Shown here one piece after another: positions 23,320-37,566 of a stretch of 64,000 nt of DNA. Source of the DNA: Auanema rhodensis (Eukaryota; Animalia; Nematoda); contig OZ059898.1 in the NCBI GenBank assembly GCA_964057225.1, positions 5,270,001-5,334,000 of the forward strand, read 5' to 3'. Positions within the stretch are counted from its first letter, which is position 1. Every line of letters begins with the position of its first letter. Position numbers and translations under genes: made by a program. The notes beneath the pieces are model-generated. The model was not told the DNA's origin. It was given only the letters and a program-made list of their open reading frames with translations, and searched no databases.

Positions 23320-24244
23320 CAGTCGTGGAGAGAGTATAAGCTTGCAGAATCTGAAAAGACCATGAATAAATAAAAGAAAATTGAAAAAAAATTGTATTTG
23401 ACTTTAAAAAATAAAAATGAAAGTACTAAACTAACCTGGAGATAACTTTAGCACAAAGTGAAAATAATGAATGATGATGTTAGAATGATAAAATGTATGT
23501 TAGTAATAATAATAATTGAAGAGGGAGAAGAAGAGGAGAAGAAAAAGGAGAGTAGTGATATACAACGGCTGCTCACATAAAGTGGCCTGGACGATTTCTT
23601 AGAAGTTTTGATGTGCTCACGTTTGAAGATCTTTATTTGGATCTAGAACTGTTGTATTACCAAAATTGAAGCACCTATCGATCAATGACTGTCTGAGACA
23701 TCGATCAATTGGTCCACAGAAGTCAAGCTGAAAAAGAAAAGATTATAATAAATGCAAAAACCGGCTAAGCATCAAGACATAGTAAACACGATATCACGAA
23801 TCATTAATAGAAAGTATATAAGATATAGTATATATTATATTGGAAACAATGTAGTTTGACTGACAGTATATAATTATGAAATATGTATTATACTATATGT
23901 TTATATAGTATTATAAAGAATAGGTGAATAGATGATGTTCCGCAATAATATTATTTAATGAAATCATTTCATAAAGTCCTTTTCAATTCCATTTTTTTTG
24001 CTGAAGAGGAGAAGGAAATAATATAACATTATATTGAAATAATAATAATAATAATCATTTGTTTTTATTATAAAAGATGAAGATGTATATCTTCAAATAT
24101 TGTTCTGATAATAATATTTTTATATATGTTTTTTTTTGTTTTATAAATGTATAAAGAGATTGAAAAGAATATGAAGACACACGCACATATACAAAGATAT
24201 GTTGAAGATACATCTGTAATGACATGTGTTTACGTGAGCTTCAT

Positions 24245-24267
24245 CCCCCCCCCCCCCCCCCCCCCCC
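24245..24267. repeat. Poly-C23/G23 homopolymer (G-quadruplex-capable)
   Basis: 23 consecutive C on + strand; a second C12 run at 27953-27964. Confidence 0.9.
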
Positions 24268-25856
24268 ATCTACATTTTCATCTGCATATCTGTAGATTTT
24301 GCATATTTTATAATATAAGAAAAGATAGTTCTAATCAATATATAAAATAAGGACAAATGAACAAGACAGCTGCATATTGATCATTAAAGTTTAGTTGAAA
24401 AGGGGAAAAGACGGTGGGGGGGTGTTGGCGAGAAGTAGTATATGTGTGAGTAGAAATTAAGAAAATGGGTGGAAAGTTTGAAAACGAAAAGAAACAGAGA
24501 CAAAATGAAGAAAAAACAATGATAAAGTGAAGAATACTGCTTCAGTTGCTCAAAATATTCATGTTATGCAAGGAAGAAGTGAGATGAATACCAAAATGAA
24601 TGTTGAGAAATGATAAAAACTTCAATGTCTTCATTACTAAATTTAAAAAAAAATTAAAAGAAACAATTGAAAAAATGTTTTTTTTTAAAATTATACTTAT
24701 AAATGTTTATGAATATAAATATATGTATATACTATATGTATAGGATTAGTTTGTGTACATAATATGTGTAAAAACTACATAGTTATACATATATAGTCAC
24801 AAATGGATATTGAAGTAAAGCTTTTTAACCGACTCTCGAATACTCATCAACAACATGACAGATGATCCTACTCCACTATATATGCTCATTTTGACTTAAT
24901 TGCTAAAGCAATTTTTAAAATCGTTTGTATACTACTGGCTCAAGCCAAAGAAAAACATTCAGTTGTGGAGGACTTTACTGATTATATAAAGGATGATAAA
25001 GTTGACCGACATGAATTGACAATCAGTTTGAAATGCTCCAATTAAGTTTATGCGGAAAAACGACAAAAATTTGAACAAGCTGAATAAGAATAGGAAGTCA
25101 CACGCTAAACGTTTCGTCAGTGAATGACGAAAAGCTGACTGCATCCACGGAGGTTGAGGGTGGACTTGATGGAATGAATAGAAGATTAGATTGTGACAAG
25201 AAGACAACAAGAACAAGATGAGTTTGTATATTGTCTTGGCTCTTGTATAACTAATGAGGTTGATAAATAGGTTGTTAAACTATTGAATAAAAAACGAAAT
25301 GCAAATCAAATACTAGGATTTTTAATGTAAAGATGTCGTTTGACCAGAAAAAGCTAATCCTTGTTTCTGCGGTGTTCCATTTCGAAATAGCTTGCTGGCT
25401 CTAGACAATTGCTTTTCCTACTATGAATCGACCTCCCACTTTACGTCTTCCTTATTCTCCCTTCTCGCCTTTTCCTTTCTGTTTTCCCCCATTCTTGGCT
25501 CTCTCTTTCGCCCAGTGTCCTCATCCTACTTTCAATCTTTCATTTTCTGTTTCTTCCCATTTTCTTCTATTACTTCTCAGGAATGGAATGAGATTTGAAT
25601 GATGGGTCATGAACTAACTCAAGAATATACTCTGTTTTTTCAACTGACCTATGAACAGGAAGTCAGTGCCACCCACTAAAAGATGATTTTAAGATAATTT
25701 CCCTCAGAGAATTCACTGTTCAAGATTTTGTTGTTATTTCTCTAGCAATTCTCTTATTATACGTATGATGATGAAGATGATAATAGAAAGAAAAATACGA
25801 GAAAATAAAAGAAAAAGTGAGAAAAGACAGATATGGATAGAACGAGAAAGTAAGCA

Positions 25857-25875
25857 TGTGTGTGTGTGTGTGTGT

Positions 25876-25945
<70 letters not shown>
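25857..25945. repeat. Compound microsatellite (TG)9 + (AG)~34
   Basis: Directly visible; explains the SLSLSL...THTH spurious ORFs. Confidence 0.95.
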
Positions 25946-25948
<3 letters not shown>

Positions 25949-28900
25949 TCGTAGTGATGAAAAGACGAAGAAGTAGCCCAAAAGATTGCTATAGCAGGCG
26001 TATTGGACAACGAAATAGAAGCTACACGGAGGTCCGGCGGGACATAGTAATAGTAGTAGTAGGAGTAGTACTAGTAGATGAAGCAGTATATGTTTTTGCA
26101 TCATCTAATACAACTACAAGTAATATTTGAATAAAATAAATTTAAAAAAAAACAATAAAATATAATATATATCTAGATATTTCTAGATATTATATGTTAA
26201 TTATATGAATATTATTATATAGTTTATAACAAATATTTAAAAAGAATTATAATTATAGAAAAAGAATAAAAACTGTATTTCAAATATTTGTTCTGGTCAA
26301 AATTGCTGAGTATAAAATATGTATAATTATCAGAATTATCATTACAAATTTATACATACAGTTTTTACAAAATTTTTTACTAAATCAAGAAAACAAAAAG
26401 AAAATATAGTAATAATTCTTAAATATCAAAGAAATTTATTTTTGTTTTGGCGCTAGCCGTTGTTCTAGTTGTGCTCTTACTCAGCTAGCTTCGCAGTCGT
26501 TTACGCAGTATTTCTTTTTGACATCTTTCTTCCTCTATATTTTTGATTTTCGAAAAGAAGGTCTTGTCAAAAAGTTGAAATTCATGTGTGGAAATTCATA
26601 AATAAAGAGAAAGATCGAATGTTAGTTGTTTGAAGTGTTTATGAGAATTCAGAACAAGAAGATATAAGGATATGACTCAATACGATAACGAAAAGAACAA
26701 AAAAATATTTAAAAAAATAAAAAAATAAATAAAAAATAAAATTGTTGAATAAATAGATAAAATTAAAAAATAGTTATAAAAAATTATTTTATAACATTAA
26801 AGTGAAAATGAAATAAGAGGATTGTTTTTCGTTGTTAGATCTTCTACGTGTTCTTTTATTTCTAAGATATTCGTTGCTATTGCATATTGCTAGAGAAATA
26901 ATATCATTAGATTAAAAGAATTATTTGAAAAAACTGACGAATTTTAAGAAATTTTTGTTTTCTTCTAAGTCTACTACAGATGTTAAATTCATGAAAGTGT
27001 CTTATCCATATTAGCTAGAGATTGGTCAGAACATAAGACTATTTGTGAGCAATAGGTTTATATTGGTTAAAATTCATTAAGAATGAATTAGAATCATTGA
27101 AAAACAGATTAAAGTTAATTTTAATTTTAATAATAATCGTGTTGTTTAATAAACAATTCATAAAAATAAACTGTGCTTCCTTAATAGAATCTAGCTAAGA
27201 ATTATTGACACATTTGATTCGAATTTATTATTTTTCTTTAAATTTATGGTAAAATGAGTCAAACACTTGCTTAGTCTATATATTGCAAATCTTAACTGAA
27301 AGAATCTAGCTTCATTAAGTATTTCATCACCATTTCCTAAGCATTTTTGCGAAAAGAATGCTCATTAGAACTCTCTAAGCAAGCTGAGCATCGTTCGTTA
27401 TCCGTCATTCGATTGCCTTTTTAATGGTTTTCTCGAACAAGGCACAAAACGTTTTCTTCCTCCTTTTTTTTAGAATTTTCTTAATTGAGAAATTAAATGT
27501 TTTGAAATAACAAAAGTTTGATGTTTCAACCAATGAAACGTTATGTAAATCTTTCTAAATGTTGAGATATAGCATTCACATCTGACAGCCAAAAAGAGCC
27601 GGCAACTGGGGAACTCCTCACTTGTTCTCTTTTCTCTCTTTCTTCCTTCTTTACGTCATGGAACTTTTCCTTCTCTCTCTCTCTCTCTCTCTCTTGTATT
27701 CATGCTCTTGTTCTCATTTTATCTATCAGTTAGAATGGAGATGAAGCTTGACAAACTGAAAGAAATGATGCAATTGAATTCTGCTGTGCTTGCCGACACG
27801 AGCTTCTGTGTATGTGTTTTGGTGTTAGCTAGAGATGGCTAGCTGATGGTGCAAAATGTTTTTATTCAAAAAAAAGAAGAGAAATATTCCGATTCTAAAC
27901 AGAATTTTATAGATAAAGGAAAATCGTCGTTACAAGACATGCTAATAACGAACCCCCCCCCCCCTATTCCAATGAGCATTTCGTTCCTATTTTGGATTTA
28001 ATTTTCGATTAAAAGAATTGCAAAAAAATCTTCAAATTCAATTGAAAAAATCCAAAGAAAACCTAGCAGAACTCAAAAAAAATTGGTCCAGTTGCTCTAA
28101 ATTTTAATCTTATGAACTTAAACCATAAAAAAGGATTATATTAGTTTTATATCCTTTAGGGAGGTTAGTGCAACATCAAAAATCTCACAGAATAGATGAG
28201 GACGAAGCACAAGGTTTTTTCTTGAAAGTTTCTCTTCATAGACTGCTTTCAAATGAATGGCTTTATCTGCCGGACATCTGAAAAATGCGTGGAGAATGAT
28301 TCAATGACACGAGATGTTGTGAAACAAAAATACGAAGTTGTAGCAAATGCCCAAAAGAGAAGAAGCATACGGTTTAGGGACATTGATATAGTGTGTTCAT
28401 TGTGAAAAGGAAAAAGAACGAGAGAGGGAAAGAGAGAGAGAGCAATCAGACGAAGGAATGAGGGAGAAAAAGAGAAATAGATGATGAACAAGAATAGAGT
28501 GAAGGAGACCAACTACCAGAGAGGAAGATAAGTGAAAGATAGAACGAGGCACAAGGGTAGAGGGGGAAAGAGACAGAAAGAACGAGAGATAGAGGTTGAA
28601 GAGAAACAATTCAGAAGGAAATAGATGACCCTGGAAAGAGGACATGGCAAAGGATGAGTCATTCTCTGCTTTCTGTGGAAGCTAAGCCTAAAAAGCCCGA
28701 ATCAATGAGCAGAGGGACAGTGTAGAAGGGAGAGAAAAAGGAAGAGGAATGAAAATGGTTATGGGAAAAGACTAAGAGGGGGGAGGAATGAAATAGAAAG
28801 AGTGTATTATAAGCGGACTCTCTGTAGTTGACTAACGAAAATCCGTGATGGGTACTAAAAAGGACGATGGCAGCGACAAAGCATAGGATGTATAGAAGAG

Positions 28901-30983
28901 GCTCAGTATGCTTTTCGAACTAGAATCAATAGCATAAGACTGACAATGCACTGAATCTGGCACATCGTCTCCTTATCGTGTCGTTGTTGATGGGATGAAT
29001 TCGACATCAACATGGAATAGAACTAGATGATGATAAAGCTCAGCGGAGTGACAAAAAGCGAATATAACTTTACGAACATGTATGAAAGCACTGGAAGATA
29101 GATGTAGCAGAATGAATGGCGCAATAGAGGCTTAAACAAGTCCACAGCTTGTTGGTCCTAATGAATTTATACGATTCAGCCGTCGTTGTCGGTGGTGCGG
29201 GTGCGTCGTGCACATCATCAACGTTGTTCTCTTCTCTCCTATTTCTTGTGACACAGCTACTGCTTTTCAAAGCATTGAAGCCCTCTCTATAGACTCCTGT
29301 CTCATGCTCAGCTCATTATTGTTCGTTTGGGTCATTTATGGCAATCGATCTCGTCCAAAATATAGGATGAGAAACATAAGCAGCAGACGAGAAAGAAATA
29401 ACATAGTTCAAGACTGACTTGGTCAGCAGATCAAGTGCCTGATCCATAGTCTATACATTTCAGAAAATAAAAAGTGAGCAAATGTTGTTTTTTGATTTAT
29501 TTCTTATAAATATATTGAATCTTTTCAAAATACATTTTATAATTTGTTTTAAATTGAAAAATATAAAGTTTTCTCAAAACAAACTGTTTAGTGAACTTTA
29601 TTGCTTCAATATTTATTTTCTAAACTATATGTGTATAATTAAAAAAAGCAGAAAATATCGTTTACACATCGATATAAATTAAAAAATATATAAAACGAAT
29701 ATGGTACATACATACATATGAAACGAAGTTGCTTACATGACGATATGTGCTATCGTCATCATTCCAGAGTATGTATGTATATGTCTGTTGAATTTTGCCA
29801 AAAACCCTTTGTGTCAACGTAAATAGTATCAGAAATAGACACAAATAGAATCTAAATCCAGAAAAACGAGAAAAGGAGGAAAAAAAGATTGTAGTTCGTA
29901 TGTTATGCTGTTGATGATGATGATGATACAATCAGAATACTATCATTGTAATAATTTTGAAAGAAAGATCAAAATATTTGTTTTTTTTTAAAAACAACTA
30001 AGTTAAATAGCTTATGCATACTCTATGTTTGACTTATTTGGAGAGAGAAAAGTGAAAAATTGTAATTTAAATAGTTTTTACTTGGATGACAAGTAAAAAT
30101 ATTATTTGAATAAATAATTTCATATGTTCGTTTTGGTTATTATTTGAACCAAATGTAGTAAACATCAAAAACTTTTTTTTTTAATATAAAATTAGAAAAG
30201 AAACATTTTAGCTAAACAGTAACCAAATTCCAATATCCTTATTATTGCATGCGAGAAAGTATTGTTAGTAATGGCTGAAGGATTCATGGGGAAGAGGTGG
30301 GGGTGCTTCAGTTTCAGGATGGGTAAAAGGGAAAATTGTGGGAAAACCTTTTGGAAAGTAAGACAACAACAGAAATACTTTTTTTTGATATGTCATGCTC
30401 AAAACAAGCTGCTTTTCAATGTTATTCTTAAAGTTGTCATTGCCTGCAAGTGCAGTTTCGAGAAGGAGAGAAGGAGCCAAGTTACTAACCAAAACTTTAT
30501 TGCTGACTTATACTTCTCAGCCGGTTTAGCTTCAATGCGCAACTTTGTCGTGCATGTGATGCTTGTGCCCGAGGGGGATGAAAGATGAAGGGAAGTAGAA
30601 ATTTGCCAGATAGATAGATAGCGAGAGCTAGCTAAACGCTTCACTTCGATTTGTTTTTTTTTCGCTGTAAAGAAAAGTTGAAACACAAAGAGGAAGAGAA
30701 TAGGAAAAGCTTTTCTTACAAGATGCCATGAACATGAAAAAGTAAGAAATGAGCTTCAGTATGAGCTATAAAAATGAATAATACAGAGAAACTATGAAAA
30801 AAATCTAAATGTTCTACGTAATTGATGCCCGCTCATGAACAGTGAGGATCATCTTCAACGATCCTATAAAAGGCTCATTAGCTGAGCAAATGCATTATTA
30901 TTTCAGAAATGAAATTTTATTCTCTTCAAAAGATATATTGAGGAAATAATAGAACAAAAATATAATTAACGATAATAAAAACA

Positions 30984-31062
30984 TAGAGAGAGGAAGAGAT
31001 AGATAGAGATAGAGAGAGAGAGAGGAAGAGATAGATAGAGATAGAGAGAGAGAGAGAGGAAG

Positions 31063-31097
<35 letters not shown>
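30984..31097. repeat. Degenerate (AG)n/AGAT microsatellite
   Basis: Directly visible AG repeat interrupted by GGA and GAT; explains ORFs 30898-31188 and 30966-31175. Confidence 0.85.
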
Positions 31098-31101
<4 letters not shown>

Positions 31102-34100
31102 GAATGGTCTAGAAGTATCTTTAAGAATCTTTGATGTTTCTTTAATTTTTCTATAATTAAAACATAAACTTTCATTACTGTTTCTCAATATACAACAATT
31201 ATATTAAACTACAATTAGTAAGTCTATGTCTCTTCATTACGTCGACGTCCACCACCTACTCTCTCCCACACTACTCATTTACAGAAACGTTTTAATTAGA
31301 TTCAAGTTAACTATATATTTCATACATTAAAATAGAAATAGATATATTTCTATACCTTACTTACTCAATAAAATTATAAAAATACTATCTAGATGTATAA
31401 TATGTTGAAATTCACAGATATTTTGAAATAATTGTTATAAATATTCCAAATAATTATAAAAAAAAAGAAAAAAAAAACGATTTTGAAAATATAAATATTT
31501 GTTCAATTGATTCTTATAATAAAGAAATATCAAATAGTTCAATTTATTGTTTCTATAATTTATAATATATAGATACAATCTTTACAACTATTGGGGAAAA
31601 AAACATCAAAAAACAACAAAAACGAAGTTTAAATTGTATGAAAGTGGCTTTTTTTCTGATACAAATTATTATTTTCATGTAATTAAAGTCTATTGTCAGT
31701 TTAAATTGAAAATAACTATTGTGTTCTGAAGCTCTTTACAGATTAAAAATGGTCATGAAGGTTTGTTTAATTGAAAAAACGATTATACTAAAGTATATTC
31801 ATTGTGACGTTTGAAAACTAGAAAATGTAATTGAAATATCAAATTTATATGTAAGCAATAGGTCAAAAATTTGGGATAAAAGACGTTAAACTAAGTATTT
31901 AGATAGAGAAATCTATACTTAACTCAGTCTGCCATGTATTGACGTTTTTGCTTCTTCTCTAATTCTCTCTATTCCTTTCTCCGTATCTCTCTTTCTCTCA
32001 TTCTTTTCGTTCTCTTTCAGTATTGCTTCATGCCATCAATGGAGAGCTAAACGAAGCTAGAGCCATGAGAAGCAGGCGCTGTAGTTGAATCAAAGTCGCA
32101 TAGTTGAGCGAATAGAATTAAGATGAACGAGACGCAGACAACCAGAAGCTCAAACCAACATCACCGTCCCATTGCTGTTCTGCCCTGAAGCTCTTCCATA
32201 TCGATCCTACACACAACCTTTTGCATCCAATAGTGAGCCACTAGAAATAGTTTGGCTTATGCATAAAAGGGAATAATGAATAGGATGACTGAGGTGGGAC
32301 AATGAATTGAACTGAGTGAAAGAGGGAAAAAAGATGAAGAGAGGGGTGTGAAGAGTGAAAAGGTGAGATTGGAAGAGAAAATAAAAAAAAACGAAAACAA
32401 CATAAATGTTGAACATAACCGTTTTCAGTAGCAATAATAAAAGAAAATAGTTAACTAAAGTAAGTGAGTGTATATGTCAAGATATATGTTATTCATGTCT
32501 TATAAGTAACTAATATATTTATATAATCAATATATATATTCTATTTAACTATATAAATAGATGTATTATCAAAATGTATAAACATATAATTCTAAAATAT
32601 ACATTCTTTTAGTTTTTTTTTCTTTTAAAATAAAAGTTTATGATTATATAATCTCCTCAAACAAAATCCTATTTTTCAGTTTGTATCATTTTGTACCCTC
32701 AGGAGATATTTATCTTTTTTTCTTTGATTTGAGATTTTTTCTTATTGTCTTTTTCTCTCAATATATAAATATAAATATATATATATAGTAATCAATCAAA
32801 GAAAAATAAAGAAAAAATTGAATGTCTCACATAATCCAAAAAAAAACTGTGACAACATCTAAGAATTTTAAACTTTTCTTATATAACATGACTCAATTTG
32901 AAATCAAATCTATAGTTCCTTCGTTACTTTGGATTATAAAACTATAAAAAATTTCAATTCGATCATTTACTTCATAATCTAAAATTCAACAAAAATGAGT
33001 AAGTATTGATTAATCATTTAAGAGATTATAGGAAATAACAAATATTTTTTATTCATTTTTCTATTTATCATAATATTATATATTATTATATTATTATATA
33101 AATGTCTAAAAGCGACTGTTGTCATGGTTGCTACAGCTTAATACAAGAGAAGGAACATGCATAAGCATACATAAACATTCAAACAATCTTCAACGACCCC
33201 AGACTATTTCACAATAGATGCTTTGTTTTGGAGAAAGCCGTCATCGTTTGACCGTCGTCATTGCCTTCTTTGCCGCTATATTCAGAATCTTCACAAACAT
33301 GTATATACATACACACACGCACCACATCTACCAGTCGTAAATCGTCTGTGTGCGTCTCGGCCTCACGTCGACCTCACAATGAGATACCGTATCCACAGAA
33401 GGGATGCCGCTTTCAGATTTACACCCCTCTCTCTTTTCTCCTATCCTCACCCTTAGTTGTATTATCGTTTTCTATTTCTTCGGCATCATCCTGTCTTTCT
33501 TTATCTTCTTATGGTATTCATAACCTATTCTCCTCATCTCTTCTTACATATCCTTCTGTTTCTTTTTGCCGTTTATGCTAAGGCAATTTCCATCGTCTGC
33601 TTGTTTTGTTGTTATTGTCGTTTCCCGGATTTGTCTGACAAATCTACAACTAAAAGAGATATGAACACAAAGCTTTAGCAGCTAACAGATAAAGCAGGCA
33701 AACTAGGACAAATTGCCAAATCGACAAAATATGCGCCGGTCAAACAGATGCTTCAATGAGCAATCTCAACACGATTCTACAACAACAGTTTTATATCTCA
33801 TCTTCTGGTATTTGTTTTCACATAGCAGATTTATGCCACAAGGACTTCACTTATCGTCCGCAAACCATTAGTCTAATCAAACTAAAAAGATTTCCGAATA
33901 TCCATTAGATTACTGTATATAATGAACAAAGCCCACCGAATGATAAGCGCGATTAGCGCACATATTCTTACTTTCAAATCAACTGAACATACAACATAGG
34001 ATATCATATTCATTTTTAAAACAAATCTATATACATAGTTATTAGAATTCGGATACAATAATGACTGAGAATCCGACAAACTGAAAAAATGAAGAAGAAA

Positions 34101-34822
34101 CACTGATTGTATACTTTCATAAATTGAAGTAAATATAGATTCAAGAATGCGTTATACTCATCAACATAAGTTGATTAATAAAAACGTTTTTTAACAGTTT
34201 CCTAAATAGGATAAAAAGAAGAAAACTATAATTCATGAGAAATTGTATTCAAAATTGAATTGAAGTGAAATTACAGTAAAACTGTGCGTATCAAATTGAA
34301 AAATATTAATGTAAAACGTGTGTATCAATTGATAAATTAACAAGAACATAAGGATGAACTTAAAAATTAAAAAAATTTGACAGTTTCCTTTTTTTGATTA
34401 TTAGGTACATATTAAACAAGAATGATTATTTTATATAATTTTTTTTGGGAATTAAGAGAGGAAACTAATAATTAGTTTTACTATAAAGCATAAAGCATGC
34501 AGTAGTTCCAATAAATTCCAGGAAAAAAAACTTTGGTAAGATAGAAAGTGCATGGCACTTCTTTTTAAAAAAATATTTCATATTCTCTTAAACTTTTGTT
34601 TGTAAAAATATAGTAGAATTCTATTAATAATTGAAGCAAAAAAATTTTTTCAAGCAAATTATTAGGAAGAAAGCTACCATTCAGGATCGGACCGTTACGT
34701 ATAGGAAATTATGTATGTGAATTGGTTGGAACTATCGAACTACAGCACGCAAATGGACAAAAAAAAGTACCCGGAGTAAGAAGTAGAGTTAAAGTACGAT
34801 AAGAGTCATCTAGAAGATTTTT

Positions 34823-37566
34823 TTATCGGACATTCTTCTTTCGGCGATCCTTGGCTCTTCTGAAAATGTTGAAACCATTAGTTTCTGTCTTTCAATACAA
34901 ATTTCATCTCATATTTTGCAAATAGTTTGTCATGGGGCACAGAGAGGTAGTGAATTGAGGTGAGAAAACAGTAAACGATTGAGTGAGATGATGAGGACGA
35001 TGGAGGTGGTGGACACGAAATAAGAACGAGATATGAGACAAATTACAGTGTCATAAAACAGCGCAATTAGGATCATTTTGTAGGCAAATCTTAGGCCAAT
35101 CAACTATTTTATGATCTGCTCATGGACGTTCAGACCTCGAAACAGGAACTGTGACAAGAATTTTGTAGAAAGAACAAGGTGTATTGATATAGTGCAAAAG
35201 GAAGAGAGACATAAATAGGCAGACAGAGGGATAGCGACAGAATTGCTTACAGAAGTTCTCAACTCTCTCTCTCTCTCTCCCTCACACTATCCTTATTTTT
35301 CAATGGGTTACGGTAGAATCAGTTCGAATAAAGAAAGAACGCGTATACTCTTACCTGTTTTGGAACCAAATCTTAATTTGTCTTTCAGTTAGCTGTAGTC
35401 TTGTAGAAAGTTCGGCTTTTCGGTCAGCTGACACAAATGCTGAGGTATGATATTCCTATCGAATAAGACATTAAATATCATCATGCTATTCATATAAACT
35501 TACTTTTTCAAGTTCTACACGTTGATATTCGTTGTAGACCATACGATATTTTTCTGCGGTTCGTACACGAACATCTGAAATATGAAAATGTGATTAAAAC
35601 TTAGTTAACAGATGAAAAGAACAGCATCTGCCAAAGTTCAGATATCCGACAATGATAGACTAATATCCCTTTATCTTTTATTGTTACTTATTGTTATTTT
35701 ACACTTATGTGACTGTTTTTGAGGTAAAAACAGTTGGGAGTAAAAAAATTGAAAGCTTTGCGCAATCAAAACAGTCAGCAGACGTCATCAATTCAGTCTA
35801 CAGTATTATATACAATGATCTTTTACTCCTGAATTAATTCACTACGTATTCTTTGATAACTTTTACGTGAACGATGCAAGTTTATAACTGATTTTACTGA
35901 TTTTTCGTTAAAAAAAAGACAAAAATTCAAACAGGCTTGTTATTCCTTGATACAATTTTTACTTTTATCACCAACCGACACGTCAGAAGCAAAATCATAC
36001 ACGGCACACAGCATCTATCGATCATTTATCGCTAATAGTTATCTTTCTTTTGATTTATGCCGCTGTCAAAAATTTCAAAGTTTAGCATTTATGTTTCATC
36101 AGTAACATAATCAGATATTGCTTCTGTATGTGATTAATTCAAATCATTAGCAGTATCACTTCGTCATTTTCTCTATCACTCTCGTCCACTAACTATTTGC
36201 TCTGATGTTCATGTTGCATACTGCGTGTTACATGATCTCTCCTCCTTTCGTACGATCACTACTTTTCATTTAATGTCTTATCTATCCAGTAGTGATCTAG
36301 GGTGTTATCAGAAAGCGAACAAATTAACTTGGTTTCTAGCCCTTATAAACTTATGAGACGACAAAAGACACATAAGAGATACTCTGCTAAAGCTGAATTT
36401 AGTCATTGTCTATCTTTCACAAAATTCTTATCAAAGGCGCGAATAAAACGAATTAGTAGGCCGTAAATAAGTATGTTAAGCTGCTGTATAATTATACGAT
36501 TTCACACCAAATTGGGCCGTAAATTTAGTTTAAAAGGTAACTGTTCAAGAAAAACTTAATCAAGAACTCACTGTTTGTTCCTGGTCCCGTTCTGAATGGT
36601 ACGGGTGCAACTTTTTCTGATTTTGCGCTCGGCCGCCAGTTTGCAAATACCTGAACATCATGAAGTTAGTATATACAAATAAATGTTCAATTATAGACAT
36701 ACAGGCTGATTCATGGGCGCCGTAGGATATGACATCGGTAAGTAGTTTTGAGTTAAGATAGGTCCCTGAAAAGTTGCAACCGAAGTTGATGGGGTAGATG
36801 CGGGTGGATCAGGAGGAGGGCAGTCTGGAAACTGCGAGAATGGTTTTGCCTAGAACGAAAGATTTTTTAGTAAAAAATATTATTCCTTTATTCTTAATAC
36901 CTCAAAATTGTGTTGAGGATAAGATGGATGTTTAGGATCATCATAGAATTGCTGGTAACATCTATACCATGGATAAGGAGTAGATGAATAAAACGAATCT
37001 TGCATCCTAAAACTTATCAAATAAATTATCTGTAAACATAAAAAAGAAAATATTCAGATGATAAAAAAAAAGAAAAAAGTATGATAATGCCGAGAAAAGG
37101 CAGATGGCCATCTGTAAATCGTCCATCCAAATGGACGTCTGATCGCCTGGCTTAAGTGAATAGCACCAACTCCGCCCAAGAGACAACCCGGACGACTACA
37201 GTACGACGACCTGAAGAGGCACAAGAAGAGACGAAGGATGGGCTAAGAGAGAGGAGGACAGAGGGCGGAGTCTCTTAGGATGGTACGAAGAAAAAGATCA
37301 GGTCGAGTAGGCTGGACCGTCTGACTGGCTAAGCCGATTTGGAAATAAGTAAGAAAGACTACATTGTCTGATTTATTTCGATTAAATATCGAAAAATAAA
37401 AAGAAAAAGTGAAATCAACAAATGAAAAGAGAAAAAAAGCGTACCCTAAGTTGGAAAAATCAGGTAAGAGTCCAGGAATTAATGGATTAGGCGGTATGAA
37501 TGACATAGCTTGCTGAGCATCCATATTCAATGGTTGTTGGTTGATAATTAGTTTACTATCGGCCAT
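34823..37566 (-). CDS. pal-1: Caudal/Cdx homeodomain transcription factor
   Basis: Spliced homeodomain [69 protein letters not shown] (exons near 35504-35575, 35355-35453, 34823-34859), preceded by PFRTGPGTN. Closely matches nematode PAL-1. Not visible in the ORF track. Confidence 0.95.

Noticed and set aside
25720-26104. ORFs with SLSLSL/THTH runs (also 30898-31188)
   Set aside because: Translations of AG/TG microsatellites.
28850-29460. ORFs 29070-29270 and 29208-29417
   Set aside because: Non-ATG starts, no domain, no exon chain; treated as part of the gene desert.
33118-33131. Second X-box-like sequence GTTGTCATGGTTGC
   Set aside because: One half-site deviates from consensus and there is no adjacent ciliary gene.
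34430-34822. MEX-3 elements and a miR-228 seed match (~34552) in the pal-1 3'UTR
   Set aside because: Only one degenerate DKAG-N-UHUA match (~34614-34624) and one 7mer; expected by chance in AT-rich DNA without a conservation test.
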